NCBI RefSeq assembly: GCF_964355755.1
Contig: NC_092679.1
Coordinates: 7,656,201 to 7,720,200 of the forward strand
Direction of reading: 5' to 3'
DNA: 64,000 nucleotides
DNA from: Antedon mediterranea
Lineage: Eukaryota; Animalia; Echinodermata
Made by a program: the position numbers and the translations under genes. How positions within the stretch are numbered: position 1 is the first letter of the stretch; each line of letters opens with the position of its first letter. The notes beneath the pieces are model-generated. The model was not told the origin of the DNA. It did no database searches and saw nothing but the letters and a program-made list of their open reading frames with translations. Shown piece by piece: positions 1 through 13,975 of this stretch.

Positions 1-888
1 TGATGGTGTCTAAGTAATGATATGAGTGTAGGGTGATGGTGTCAAAGTAATGATATGAGTGTAGAGTGATGGTGTCTAAGTAATGATATGAGTGTAGGGT
101 GATGGTGTCTAAGTAATGATATCAGTGTAGAGTGATGGTGTCTAAGTAATGATATGAGTGTAGGGTGATGGTGTCAAAGTAATGATATGAGTGTAGAGTG
201 ATGGTGTCTAAGTAATGATATGAGTGTAGGGTGATGGTGTCTAAGTAATGATATGAGTGTAGGGTGATGGTGTCAAAGTAATGATATGAGTGTAGGGTGA
301 TGGTGTCAAAGTAATGATATGAGTGTAGGGTGATGGTGTCAAAGTAATGATATGAGTGTAGGGTGATGGTGTCAAAGTGATGATATGAGTGTAGGGTGAT
401 GGTGTCAAAGTAATGATATGAGTGTAGGGTGATGGTGTCAAAGTGATGATATGAGTGTAGGGTGATGGTGTCAAAGTAATGATATGAGTGTAGGGTGATG
501 GTGTCAAAGTAATGATATGAGTGTAGAGTGATGGTGTCTAAGTAATGATATGAGTGTAGGGTGATGGTGTCAAAGTAATGATATGAGTGTAGAGTGATGG
601 TGTCTAAGTAATGATATGAGTGTAGGGTGATGGTGTCTAAGTAATGATATCAGTGTAGAGTGATGGTGTCTAAGTAATGATATGAGTGTAGGGTGATGGT
701 GTCAAAGTAATGATATGAGTGTAGAGTGATGGTGTCTAAGTAATGATATGAGTGTAGGGTGATGGTGTCAAAGTAATGATATGAGTGTAGAGTGATGGTG
801 TCTAAGTAATGATATGAGTGTAGGGTGATGGTGTCTAAGTAATGATATGAGTGTAGGGTGAGATGTCAAAGTAATGATATGAGTGTAG
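1..888. repeat. 33-bp minisatellite (GATGGTGTC[T/A]AAGTAATGATATGAGTGTAG[G/A]GT), about 27 units, running off the window start
   Basis: Tandem units read directly; they explain the repetitive TPSPYTHIITL ORF (11 aa = 33 bp). Confidence 0.97.
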
Positions 889-1446
889 GATTTAGGAGGC
901 TTAAAAGAGTAGTAATGACTAATAGGAAAAATTCTACAGAAGGTGGTTTTTTTAAGAATATGATCAGTATGCATGGGATCAAGAGTGAACTGAATGGGGT
1001 GAAGGGGGCGGGGTGATGGGGGCGGGGTGATGGGGGCGGGGTTTGTGGAAGCAGGATCAAAGAAGGTACATCTTGCTGTGAAGTCTTTTTGAATATTGTT
1101 CAATGGTGATATAGTGTATAGTAAACAATGTATAAAACACTTAATAATGTATACTGATTGGACAGGTATTTTAACGCATGTTTTCATTGTGTTCATTTGT
1201 CATTAATAAACAAAACACTTAATCATGATAAATTGAAATTCTGCCCTTGCCCTACATAACTATGCTTATAAATTTATGATATATTTTATTTATTTATCTA
1301 CTGTAGTAAGCATTGCATATAAGTGATTTCCTTAAACTAGGTTGTTGACACGAACTATATACAGAAACCCCTCCATGAGTTTCTGTTTATTTAATTTTTA
1401 ATTTCAATTTATTTATTGAACATGATTGTTAATATAATCCTTCCAT

Positions 1447-3453
1447 TAGGTATCCCAATGAAAGCGCACAGAGGGGTATCACTTTTGAAATATTGACGAA
1501 ATTCGAAAAAGTAGTATGACTTTGATGTTAAATAAATCATATTCAATCTTAATTAATACTTACAAAATTTATATTGTTTGAAAGTACTTGTTTTAATCTT
1601 TGTATAAGTGTGTTTATAATTAAAATTAATGAATTAGTTGCCGAGAAAATGCGATTTTAAAACGGTTCTAAAATCCCGTCGAGCCGATTTCCGCGCGTTG
1701 AAAACCTCATCGGAAAATACCCATCAGTTTTCAAAACACGATCGCACGATTACCATTGGAGCTAGCGGATTAATTTTTGTTGTATGTTATCAGGCTTTAA
1801 ATAAGCTTTAATTTGATACGAAAATCGTCTTCTATAAATAGGTTTTTCGTAACGAAAAGTCAATTTTTGTGACAAAAATCCAATTTTGATTCACCGTTTA
1901 TGGAAAAATATTATGGATTTTGGTATTAAATTATAGCTAAATCTACATTGAAATCGATAAAACATAGTTTACAAACGTATTGTGCATGGTAATTGAGCGA
2001 ACTACATTTTAAAATGGTGCATGAGGCGTAAATCCCGTTCAAAATTTTAAAGATCCAACCATTATAATCCGGTGAATATTGTAGTGAGTAAAATATTGTA
2101 CTCTAAAATACGCGCGTGTTTGTTGTGGCGTTTTCCGTTAAGTACATTAATGCACCCTATCAGCGAATGGTACGTTCCATATTTTGAACACGTTGTTTAG
2201 TTTTCCTCGCTCGAGTTCGACCGGCTCGACGCGAGATGTGTGACAGCAGCGATGTCGGAGATTGACATGTCCTTTTCCGTCGTAGAATATCTGGTTTTAC
2301 ACATTAATTTAACAACTTAAAATTGATGTAATGTGCGGAAGATTTATTATGCAAGTATACAATGCAAATGCGTTAGGTTAAAATGTACCGAGGAAATTTA
2401 TTAAGCTAATTTACCAACGTTACATTTGACTCTGTATACGGCGGCCGAAAGTCATTAACTGCGACCGAAATACTTTAACGGAGCGACTACTGATCGCGAG
2501 TAAGCCGTGACTTGGCCTAAACTTTAGCTCCGTATTTCAATTTAATAACGTAATAATACGAAAAGAAAACAATTTTTATAATGTTATATATACTATTCAG
2601 GTAAACAATTAATTGTTTTAATTAACATTGATTATTTTAAATGAGTTTATTTTGACCCATATTGTGCGTTTGCCTTAAAAGAGCATATCTTACTTAGCTT
2701 AGATTTGGTGTCATAATCATATGGGCCTAAAATCTTGTTTTACGTATTCAAAAGTTATATATAATAGTATTTATGATTGAAATTATAAATATAAAGTATA
2801 TTAAAATATTCTAATAATTATACTTACCGAAAATTAGTGTAAAAGAAAGGAAACAGTACACACCGTTTTTAACATACTTTTTCATTTTTTCTTTTTATAA
2901 TTTTAAATTTCACCATTAAAAAAAATTTTTTTTTTCATATACACATCTAAAATATATTTATTAATGAAATATACACTACATTCTAACAAGTACAAAAAAA
3001 ATTAAATGAATTAGTACAGTAGTTCAAAAGTTACAGATCATTGAAAAATTGCAGTTTTTTCATTTTTTAGGGAATTCCAGCAAAAATGGGCGTTAAATGC
3101 TTTCCTACCACTTTGCGGACCAATAATTTAAAAAATAGGTTTCGTTGAGGCTCCAAAAAAAATAGAGTTGTACAACTCTGTGATATCTATAGGTTTAACA
3201 AAATTCAAAACTTTTAACTAATTATTGTAAAAGTTATAACCTTTTAAAAATGCTTCCAATTTCAACTGCAAAAAACACCATTTTTAGGCAAAAAATCGTA
3301 TATTTTTTTACCACTTTAAATAACCATAACTTTAGAACGGGTAATCGGATTTCAATCATTTAAATCGCAAAATGCTAATTACATTAAGTTCTTTATGGTT
3401 AACTGAAAGAAAATGTAAAAAAATTAATCTGAATTTTTTCATTGGGATACCTA
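1447..3453. mobile_element. Non-autonomous DNA transposon, 2.0 kb, superfamily unresolved
   Basis: 17-bp TIR TAGGTATCCCAATGAAA / TTTCATTGGGATACCTA; 7-bp direct repeat CTTCCAT at 1440-1446 and 3454-3460; no ORF of 60 aa or more inside. Confidence 0.85.
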
Positions 3454-5391
3454 CTTCCATACAATTTTTTTTAATTCAGTTATTTAATAACAATATATGA
3501 TACAAATATTAATACATTTCTGGTTGAAAATATAGCCTTAAAACTAATTTAAAATATGCAGAATTAGAAGTATGCATGATTAATTAAATAAATCTTATAA
3601 GTACAAATATCATGCTGTATAGTAATATTTATTGAAGCTACACCTTTACAACAGTGGCACACATTCATACACGGTGCGTTCTTAAAATAAATATATAGAC
3701 AACAAGCAGATACAAAAATGATAATTAATATTGGTAGTAATAATATGAATAATTAATTATTTAAAATAAATAATGAGTAACCATACATATTCATTAGTAT
3801 GACTATGAATAAATAATGAATTATTCATACATATTCATGTTTGTAATGAATCATTCATAATTCATCAATAAATTTTAATTGACTACTAATAATTGCTATT
3901 AATTGTCTGATTACAATTAGGTACCAATCTTCTGTGCATAATTATATAATTTAGACCATCTGTCTCAAAATGTTGCACACTTTATAAGACTGTTGAGTGA
4001 TGGCAAAGAATATAAATTTTAGGGGGTACTACATTTCAAAATTTTCAAGACAATTATATTTATTAAATGTTTGATGTTTAGATGATACAAGTGATAGAAT
4101 TAGAACTACATACAGTATTAAGTAAACAAGGTTCAAGCCAAGAATCGATACGTATGTCTGCTAGCTATAGGCAACGCATGTGAACTTGCTCATAATAAGG
4201 TCAAATGATATTATTATGTAAATTGTCCTCTATTTCCATAATACCAAACCAGGAAGGTGACTTGATTGCCTCAGTATAACTGAAATGTACATTTCTTATG
4301 GTGGTGGTATTTTGATACACATGATTAATATTATACTAAATTAATATTTAAAGGTAATCGTATAATAAACTATAGAATATGAATTATTTGATAGATAGTA
4401 GGTAGCCCAATGTCCAAGTAAGTAACTTCATTCACTGGAATAGTGTATCTCAATAAAGACTATTTGTACATTGCAAGTTACTTTGCCAGGACATTAGTGT
4501 TTATCCCAGTAATTTCCCCAGACTATTGTAATACTAATTCACTTGTATAATGCACAGCCTAAGCAGAATTCACTCTTCAAAATTGAAGTACACTGTAGTT
4601 TTCCCTCAGTATATCTTAGACTAAATGAACGTAATAAATGTTTGATGGATCAATTGTTTCATTAATCGATTTAGAATCATCGTACTCCACCCAATGAGTA
4701 ATGTATACAGGGATATTGATGTTGTTTAGTAATATGTGGAAACGGGAACATTAGCATTTTTTGTAGACAGTCTGTGCGGTTACTGACCTAAGTTCACGAT
4801 TTCATAAGATTCAAAGTAAAAGCTAGAAAGGTATACAGAATAAAAAGATAAATATTTTATAAGCTTAGAGGACATTGACATTATTATTATTGACAGTATT
4901 TGGTTTTATTAATATACTGTAGTTTGGTAGTGGTTTGATGAAAGTAGTGAAAGGAAATGTTTAGTTATTAAATTTTTTCGTTTCTGCTTCATATATTTAG
5001 GTGAACGACCAGAGGTATTTATCTGTGTTTCGCTTCGTCTTAAATTTTAGGTCATAGAGGAGAGAAGGAATAGCTACAGCCATACATATAGACGACAGTG
5101 GTTAATGACCTTCATTTATTTCATACTGTAATAGTGTAAGGTTCACTATAGTTTACTAAACCAGGTGGTGAAAACAAAATACTTATCCAATACAGTAGTT
5201 AATATGTAGTTGTATCATCAATACAAATTGCCTCTTTGGTTGAATTCAACCAGTATAAAATCATTCTTGGCATAAACCCTAATTTTGTAAATAACAAACT
5301 ATATACCGGCATGTATTTGTTTTGAACAAAGGAATTGTTTGGTATTTTATTATTGGAATGAAACATGAATATTGAAATCTTCTTATACTTA

Positions 5392-6179
5392 GGCCCTGTT
5401 TCTGCTGCCAACTAAATACCGTATATTATACGGTATTTTTTGAATACTGCGCTCATAAAAAATATACCGTATTTTGTATACCGTATTTTCCCCACAAAAT
5501 TTGTGGATAAAATACGGTATTTACAAATTTATACCGTATTTTTTGTACCCGTTTCTGCTGCCAATAAAAAATACCATATTTTTTTTTACATGACAAAAGG
5601 TCACCATTCGTGTTTTTATTTTCTGTCGCTGTCAGCTGCTTTACACACGTGTATAGATATATTCGGCGAAAATGTGGAGCGAAGACGTCACAGTTTTACT
5701 AAATAAATGTGTGTGGGGAAGCTAAAATGTCTGGCCACCTAAAAGGTAATAAAAGGGACAACCACATTTATAAAGACATTTCTAAAAAAATAAAGCAGGA
5801 GTATGGAATAGACTTGTCTCCAAAGCAAGTAAACTCAAAGCTGAAGAGCCTGCGAAAGCAGTACAACATTGCAAAATACAATAACTCGGGGAGGAAACGA
5901 ATTAATTGTCCCCATTACGATGTTTTCTGTGCTCTCACAACATCTCTATCACTAGGGCTAGGCTGTTGAAAGTGAGACGTAAAACTTCCTTTATTGCGAC
6001 TTTTAATTATCGATCAAATAAATGAATGGCAATTTGGGTAAAAAAGATGAAATTTAACACGACCACCCAAGAAGTATTGTTAGCAGAAACGGGGTACTAA
6101 AAAATACGGTATAAAAAATACCGTATTTTATACCGTATTTTTATACCGTATTTTGAGCAGTTGCAGCAGAAACAGGCCC
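5392..6179 (+). mobile_element. PIF/Harbinger deletion derivative carrying a Myb/SANT-like DNA-binding domain remnant
   Basis: TIR GGCCCTGTTTCTGCTGC / GCAGCAGAAACAGGCCC (1 mismatch); TTA TSD at 5389-5391 and 6180-6182; subterminal ATACCGTATTTT repeats. ORF 5709-5969 (IYKDISKKIKQEYGIDLSPKQVNSKLKSLRKQY...CPHYD) resembles the Harbinger second-ORF Myb/trihelix domain. Confidence 0.88.
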
Positions 6180-8182
6180 TTATACTGGTCTGGATGTTTA
6201 CTAAGGTGTGTTGCTATACTGCTGATAAGTATCTGTATAGCGGACGTTATTAGGGACTTTTTGGTTTGCGATGACCTAGCCTAGGACTTTTGTAAAGTAG
6301 GCCTTACACCATTCGTCTTAAGTCTGTAAAATTGATTTCAACTATTTTTGCAAGGTTCAAATAATAATGGTTGTTTTACATATTGCCTAATACAATGTTT
6401 TGAAGAGCTTTACATACAAAAATGATCCATAAAATATAACAAAAAAAAAAAAAGAAGCATGTGTGATTTGTTTACAGTCATAATTTTGCTTTGTAGTGGA
6501 TTGGGTGTGTACACTTTATGGTTTGGATTTTGTCCAATACTGTGATGAAATTTCAAGATGTAAACACATCTATTTTTAAATAGTCAAAATTACACAACTA
6601 AATGGAATCAAAATGTAACCATTTATGGTAAATTTGTAACTTTGTAGAGTGATTGTTTACATTTGTATGGATTGAGATTTGTGTATTGATATATTTACTA
6701 CACTCACTGTAGCCGTTGCCAAAAACATGGGGAGTGAGTGATGTGACATTTTTTTATACAAATAACTAGTAAATCATTAATGTTGACAAGCATATAGTTT
6801 TATTTTAGCATACATTTTGTTTATTTTCCTTGCCAATTTTGAAATTTCCTATTCATAAAGACCTCGTAATATTTTATTATAATATTGTAAAATTTGTTAT
6901 TAAAAATGTTTGTTTTTGATCCAGACTTCTTTTGTGAATTAGTAAAAGCGTGTTAAGTTCTACCAGTCATTGTGTAGAATCTTAGCCACAAAGTAAGAAC
7001 CATTGTATGCAAATAAGTGGTTAGAAGCATCGACCAATCAGTTGTCATAGAAGCCTGCAGCTTATTTTGGATCCAACTAGTTGTCATCAACTGAACACCT
7101 GATATTTTTACCTGCCTATTAATTTGCGTGGCATTTTTTTTGTCTGCTGACATGTGAAGTTCTATTTTGAATTGATTTAATTAGAAGTGCTCTTGCATTT
7201 GATTTGTAATCAGTATACTAATATTTGGTCACAAGGTACTGTAGAATTCAACCTGATGATAATTGATATTTATGGAAACTTGATCAGGTCTATGATAAAA
7301 ATAGATTTATCATTCCATGTTGTACATTGTTATTATTGTACCAAGTACTACTGTAATAATAATATTGCACATTTAACTGTTTTTAGAATTTGAAAGCCAT
7401 TGTAATGTATGTATTATATCATGAAGCATTTCAATGAGTAGAAATCCACTGTAGTTTATTGTCCTGATTAATTGATCAAACAATTATGAATTTAAAATAA
7501 TACATATTAACCAACTTCTTAATTCAAGACAAGACTGAACAAGTTATTGTTTGAACTGTCAATAAACTTTACTAGTTTGTTATGAAAACAATTCCCTCTC
7601 TACAAAAATGGAATAACCTTGAATTTTTAATGAGGCTTTATTCAACACTTTGTATAATTGGCTTAACTTTTCTTTACTCTATTGTTGTGAAGTAACACCA
7701 ACCAATCAGATTATGGTATTGGATAGTGAACAACCAATCAGAAAGCTTGAGTATGACTTGGTACCTAAGAGCATGGCTAGAATAAATGATTATAAGTTTA
7801 GTTTTTCTTGATGATGATTGTGATTTGTCTGATGATGTTATTATTGTCTGGTTTTTATTAACCAATAGAAAAACACAACACAAGACAAATACTACAATAT
7901 AGTTGTTTTGGAAATCCCAAGTTAATTTTAAAAGGAAGGTATTCCCACAAGACAACTCACTTATGATTCTACCTTTGGAATGAACAAATGCTTCAGAAAC
8001 TTTGAGCTGATGTACAACTTTGGATTTTTATTCTATATAACAGTCATATGACAAGAACTACTGAACTGTCATTGAGTAAAACAAAAAGACTTTTAATTTA
8101 TCTATTTGATGTCTTGGCCTTTGGATGTTTTAACATTTAAATGTTTCCATTTGGCGTTTCATGATCCATTTGTAGAATTACC

Positions 8183-11100
8183 ATGGATGCTGATCGTATT
8201 TTAAGAGATATTGTTGTAATCATGAATGTTTGTGGTGTCATGTTTACAGAACGTCGAGGACGATACCGATCGGAAGGCGATGCTCCAATGGAAGAGGATG
8301 CTTTACCTTTACCAGATGTGGTTACATTTCGAGAACGGGCAAACTCGGCACCGACGAGGTCATCACGAATGATTGCTGTCGGTCGAGAGTTGAGAAGGAT
8401 CTCTGATGAAATTCAAATGTCTTTTGAAACATTACAGGTTAGTACATAAAGTTTTTAGTTGTAATAATGCACCAAAAAAAACCAAAAAAAAACATGACAA
8501 TAAGGGAAGATTTTAATGTCCAAAGTTTTCTTAAACCTGCAAATAATTGAACATTTGTAATAGTTATTGTTGTCATGAAATGTAATTTCCCAGGCTATTT
8601 TGGGTATTGGAAGTCAATATATTTCACAATTTAATTTTGTGATTTTGTCAAATTTACAGATATTTATACTCATCTATATCTCCTGTAAGTTATTTTTCTT
8701 GTATTTAAATTTTTGGTATGAAAAAATTGTTTTTGTGGTTATTAAAATGTCTTATTCAAATTAGAAGAATTGCTGCAGAAATAATAATTACAGGTTTTTT
8801 TTTTTCATATATTTGTATTAGATTTTATAATAGTTCACCAAAATATTTAATATCATTACAACTGTAATGAGATTTAACAAAGCAATGCAGGTCTTGTTAG
8901 AACTATACAGCTATAATATTCTATATATATTAAATTGTGTCGAATAAACAACAAAAGCAAAACTAAGAAGTAGTGCGATAACATCATTAGATTCATTGCT
9001 CATTTAATATGATAGCAAGTGTTTGAATTATTATTATTATTGTAAACACACATTTTAGGTACATCTTTTAATAGTCACAATGAAAAAAAACCATTATAAA
9101 CATCATTAATTTAAAAAAAATGCAAATGGCCTATAAGTAGTATTTAAATAGCTAGTGGAAAGATTGTTATAACTTGCTATTAAACAGAACAAACAAACAT
9201 TTAGTCATCAAGGAGAACCTAATACCAAAAATAAAAACTTAGTAAAGTGCATTTTGGATTAAACAAACCTAACTAATCGTTGGTGTGCTACTATTATTAT
9301 GTTTCTAATAAATACTTTAAAAAAAATAATGCACTTTTATTTATTTATTTTCCTTTATTTAATATGTCCATGAAATAGTTCTCTGTATTTCTTAATATCT
9401 CCTTGAGTATTACTATGCAAACGTGCGTGATCCTGTTGGTATTCTTTGTGATGACACCAAAGGGCACCTTTAGTTTAATAGTATACATGCTGTTGGATCA
9501 ACCACCACTAATAATAGATCTATCCGGTGTGGTATCTAATTTTGTTCTTTGGTGGATCCTGTATTACCATTTAATACCCCTGTGTAGACAATACCCCTAC
9601 TTAAGGACACTAGTGTACATACAGTCAGGCCTAAAGTCATTCAAATATTTTTACAGTCTTCTTATAATACATTCATTTACGTTCAGAAATATCAAGTGTC
9701 AAGCAGTATCAGCTTTAATCACAGATTTATGCTTGGCGATTATTACAGAAAAAAAATAACTAGAAAAAAACAAATATTCAGTATTCATTAATAGTCAAAT
9801 TGATATAGATATATAAATACTCAAGTAAACATAGCAAAGATTCATTTATTTTGCTCTACTACTGTAACATTGACTGTATTTATCGTTTAATTTATTTCCC
9901 CCAAAGGCAAATAAAGCTTATTAAGGAGTCAGTCTTACTTCTTGTATTTCATATACTTTGCATGTCCTGCTCCTCGCTACACATGCTTATGGTTATTGCC
10001 AGACACAACCACAGCTCACAGACACAATACAACAAGTCCGGACACGCAAGTTTTTTTAATACTGAAACATGTTTAAAATTCCACTCTCATGAGTGATTCG
10101 TGATTCTCGTATTTATGACACGATACTGTGTTTCACCTGTAGTCGTTATCCAGGGTAGTTTAATAGTCATCATTTTTTAGGTCCCTGGATTTGTCTTTAT
10201 TACGTTTTCCTATCACTAACAGTTGGATTGTAGAGTTGAAGATTAGACAGAACTTGAATGACGATAAAGATGCAGTAATAATAATGATTAAATATAAATG
10301 AAAAATAACAGATTATAATCTATGATCGGCGTAATAAAAAAATGTGATGTTTAAATGGCTGTGTGTGCTACCTGTTTTAAAAATGTTTTTTTCATGCATT
10401 CAGTGTTTTAAAAAAGGTATTTGTTTTTAGAAATTAGCTCCATTTAAAATATTCAAAATAAATAGTTCCTTTTGGTTTGTTCATACTGTCCTACAGTGTC
10501 AACAAATTATTTGTTCATCACTTTTATTTGTTTTTAAAATTATTATGTAGCCTTAATGATAGCCCTAATGTGGTGTTATGCTATATTGTGTCTTATATTC
10601 ACCATTATGAATGAAATTTGAGAAAAAGCATCAATGCTTTGTGTAAGAATGTACGTGGAATATGGAAGTTGAAACTTTAAATACATTGATACAGTTAAAT
10701 GATATTCTGCCTGATTAGATCTTAATCATTGGTGTATAAGATTAGATCATTGAGGTGTATAAAGCTGTTTTGTCATGCTTTCCATAATTCAGTAATAGCA
10801 TAATAAAAATCAAGCCCAGTCAAGATTTGTTTCCCACAAAAGCAACAAAATCGGCATGATTTGTGCTAATTAGGCCTATTTACCATCACTTCTTGTACTA
10901 TTCACTAGCAAAAAAGGTCGTTCATGGCTGAAAAAACTATTCAATAAAAGATTGTCGTTGATTGGAGACTTAAATTAACTCTGTTGGGTACTTCTGCATG
11001 ATTCACCTGTATATTTGCATTACAGTTACATTATCACCTATTTTCAATGTTTATTGTCCATATTTGTTGTCATGGGTGTTTGTTTTATTGAGTTTTAAAC

Positions 11101-12347
11101 AATTTGTAATGACCTATCTAAATTCAAATTGGGATTATCAATAATAATAGTACCATTGTGTTGGTAAAAACTAGACCTCCAACTATCACTGGCCTACTTA
11201 AAACAATACTTGCCCTACATAATAGTTCAGTTATTGATTTTGTTGTTTTCAGTTCATCTGTATTGTAAAGAAAGCATCACTAGTCATTTTTATAATGAAA
11301 TTTAAAAATCAAATTTTGAAATTAAGTTAAGTGGTTAAATGTAAAGAAGCAAATTTAATTTCATAAAAAAAAATGATGGAATATAGTAAAGATGTTATTT
11401 AATTTGTTTCATATCTTTTCCTGAGGCACACGTTTCAATGCCATCTGTTAAATTAAATTAAAGCATGCAACATGAATGTGTGATAATATTATACCCAATC
11501 ACAAGATTTAGAATGTTAAATATATTTTTAGCAAGTGCTAATAGATTAATATAATAATAAATTTATAGTACACCCTTTTAATCTGTCCCTTACTTTCTAA
11601 ATACATTTAGTACCAACATAACCAATTGATGATTTTTAAATTAAAATATTCCTTCTTCATAATGGCAATTGGTTACAATTTTCCATGACAAAATTGACTC
11701 AATGTAAGTATTTGGACTGAGCATAATTTTAACGTGAACCAGGATATTTTCTGTTTGCGCAGGTTGTAAACTCTACTAATGATGCCATAGGCATTGAAAG
11801 TGAGCAGTCTGCATGTCTATCGGCTGACAATTGTGTAACAGTCATTTCCTCTGTTCTTTGTTTATAAAAAAAACCTTTTCCATCACGCTAATGGCCACAA
11901 ATTAGATAGTCGTGGACTATTGACCATGCACTGTTCCTCTTTCGTATTTAAACGTGACAGCTTTTTTTTCTTTTTCTCTTTCATCATTCGATTTAACATT
12001 ATCCATCATGTTTATATAGAGATATAGTCACTGTTGTCAACTTATGGATTTCATTATATTGTGACACATATAAAATTACTACAAAACTTTTGAATAGAAT
12101 CCCGGTGATAATATCAAAAACACATTGTAAACACAAAGTTTATTTTTAGAAAATGTGACCAAAAAAAAGGTAACTTAACCCAAAATTTTTCTATATTTTG
12201 TTTATCATTGTCAACATTCAAACACATCTTTTTGTTTTTTAGAGATTGGATGTTGCAGCCGGGGAACAGAATATTTTTATGAGGGTTTTTAATAGTTTTA
12301 GAAGACGACGACCACCGAGTGTTCCAGAACATGATGATTCATGTTAA
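8183..12347 (+). CDS. BAD: BAD-like BH3-only pro-apoptotic protein (coding exons 8183 or 8250-8437, and 12243-12347)
   Basis: The exon encodes RGRYRS..FRERANSAP..VGRELRRISDEIQMSF, matching the order of vertebrate BAD motifs (FRGRSRSAPP, YGRELRRMSDEF). Phase-0 donor CAG|GTTAGT after 8437 joins acceptor TTTTTTAG| at 12243, giving RLDVAAGEQNIFMRVFNSFRRRRPPSVPEHDDSC*. The 5' end is ambiguous: either acceptor 8176 plus ACCATGG start at 8183 (119 aa), or a phase-1 acceptor at 8250 joined to an unidentified upstream exon. Confidence 0.8.
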
Positions 12348-13865
12348 GAAAGACTTTTTTCATTGACATTTTGAAGCAAGCAAGTAAAGAAAGAACTTTT
12401 CATTGAGACTAAAAAATGGATCAATGCTGCTATTGACTTACTTAAAATGAGACATTCCGTAAGAGAAGTTTACAAAGGCTGCAGTTTGAGGACTACAAGG
12501 GCAATATAAGTTAAGTACTGTCAAAGAAATGGAGATTATACAGCTACAACGAACTATATAGAAAAGAAAATAATTCTTACAAACTATATTTTTTTGGAAA
12601 GATCAACTCTACAAGACAGACATTGGCAAATGACAAGTAGCTAAAAAAAGGTAGAGGTGACTTGAACTGTAAAAACTATTTTTCAACTGTATTGTACAGA
12701 ATGTATTTCACATTGATTGTGTCCATACAGACAAAAAAAGAGACATAGGTACATCATAACTAAACTCTCTCTTGTTCCGTCTGGTGGCACACCGCAGCAA
12801 GTTATCTCTTGCTGTTTCTCAGCTTTGTTCAGTATTTTCCAATCGTCAAGTTACACGTCATTGCATTGTACCACCAGTGAGATAATAATACATACTGTAG
12901 CTAACTGTACATTGTTTTTTTTCGATGACCACAAATGTTAGTTACAAATTTAATCTGTGAGCCGTTGAACTTAAAGACGCCATTTTATTTAAGTCTGATT
13001 TCAACAACTCTGATTGGATAGATTTAACACCATATCACCATCGAGTATGGTGAACAGGTAGTGCTTAAAACATATGTTTATATGCAATTATGACTATTCA
13101 TATTTTTTAACTGAGTTATTTTATTTTTTTTACAACTTTATTTAAAATGTTTGATCAAAATTCTTGCTGACTTTGAAACATAGCTTTGAAGCAATCTTGT
13201 TTTTAAATACTTGTTATTTATTTATGTAAAATATTCCAGTTATGTCATGTTAATACACATTATAAGTTAAATATGAAAGTATGTTTACCATTCATTGCAC
13301 TGGAATCAAATTTTGCTTTTAGTTATGTTTCAAACAAGTAATTTTTAAGTTAAGTTTTAATTTCATTTCAACAAAAAGAGTACTATTAATCTGTGTTTAA
13401 TTATTGTCTGCACCATTTTTTTAAAGTATAAATTTTTCCTTTTTGGCTTCGGACGTAGTTTTACTATTTTAACGCCAAACTAAGCTTCCATTTTTGTTTT
13501 GTAAATTCTTGTTTTGTGTTTGCATTGTTGGAACCTGCTATAACATTAGTTGAACGGTGCTAAATGCTTTTTGTAAGAAACTTACAATAGAAATTTGTAA
13601 GAGATTATTTTTTCAAAATTGTTGTTTTGTATTGACAACCTATCCCATTTCCAACAGGAATGTCTTGATGAGAGCAGGTGAATTGTTTTAGGTTAAAAAA
13701 ATGTTTGTCTTCAAAAAAAGACGAGAGATAAAACTCCTCCATTCCAATGTGGAATTATAATTTTAATCTAGTTTAAATTTTATAAAAGTTGTGATATGAT
13801 TGATTTCTAATTATGTTCTGCAAAGAAAGAAACATTTAATACATTCACATCATTTCTAATTATTA

Positions 13866-13975
13866 TGTCAAAATACTATGTTTTGTCAAAATACTATGTT
13901 TTGTCAAAATACTATGTTTTGTCAAAATACTATGTTTTGTCAAAATACCATGTTTTGTCAAACTCCTATGTTTTG
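13866..13975. repeat. 18-bp minisatellite (TATGTTTTGTCAAAATAC), about 6 units
   Basis: Tandem units read directly; they explain the MFCQNT ORF. The array lies in the presumed 3' UTR of the BAD-like gene. Confidence 0.9.

Noticed and set aside
241-1196. TPSPYTHIITL and related ORFs
   Set aside because: Artefacts of the 33-bp minisatellite and the G-rich tract.
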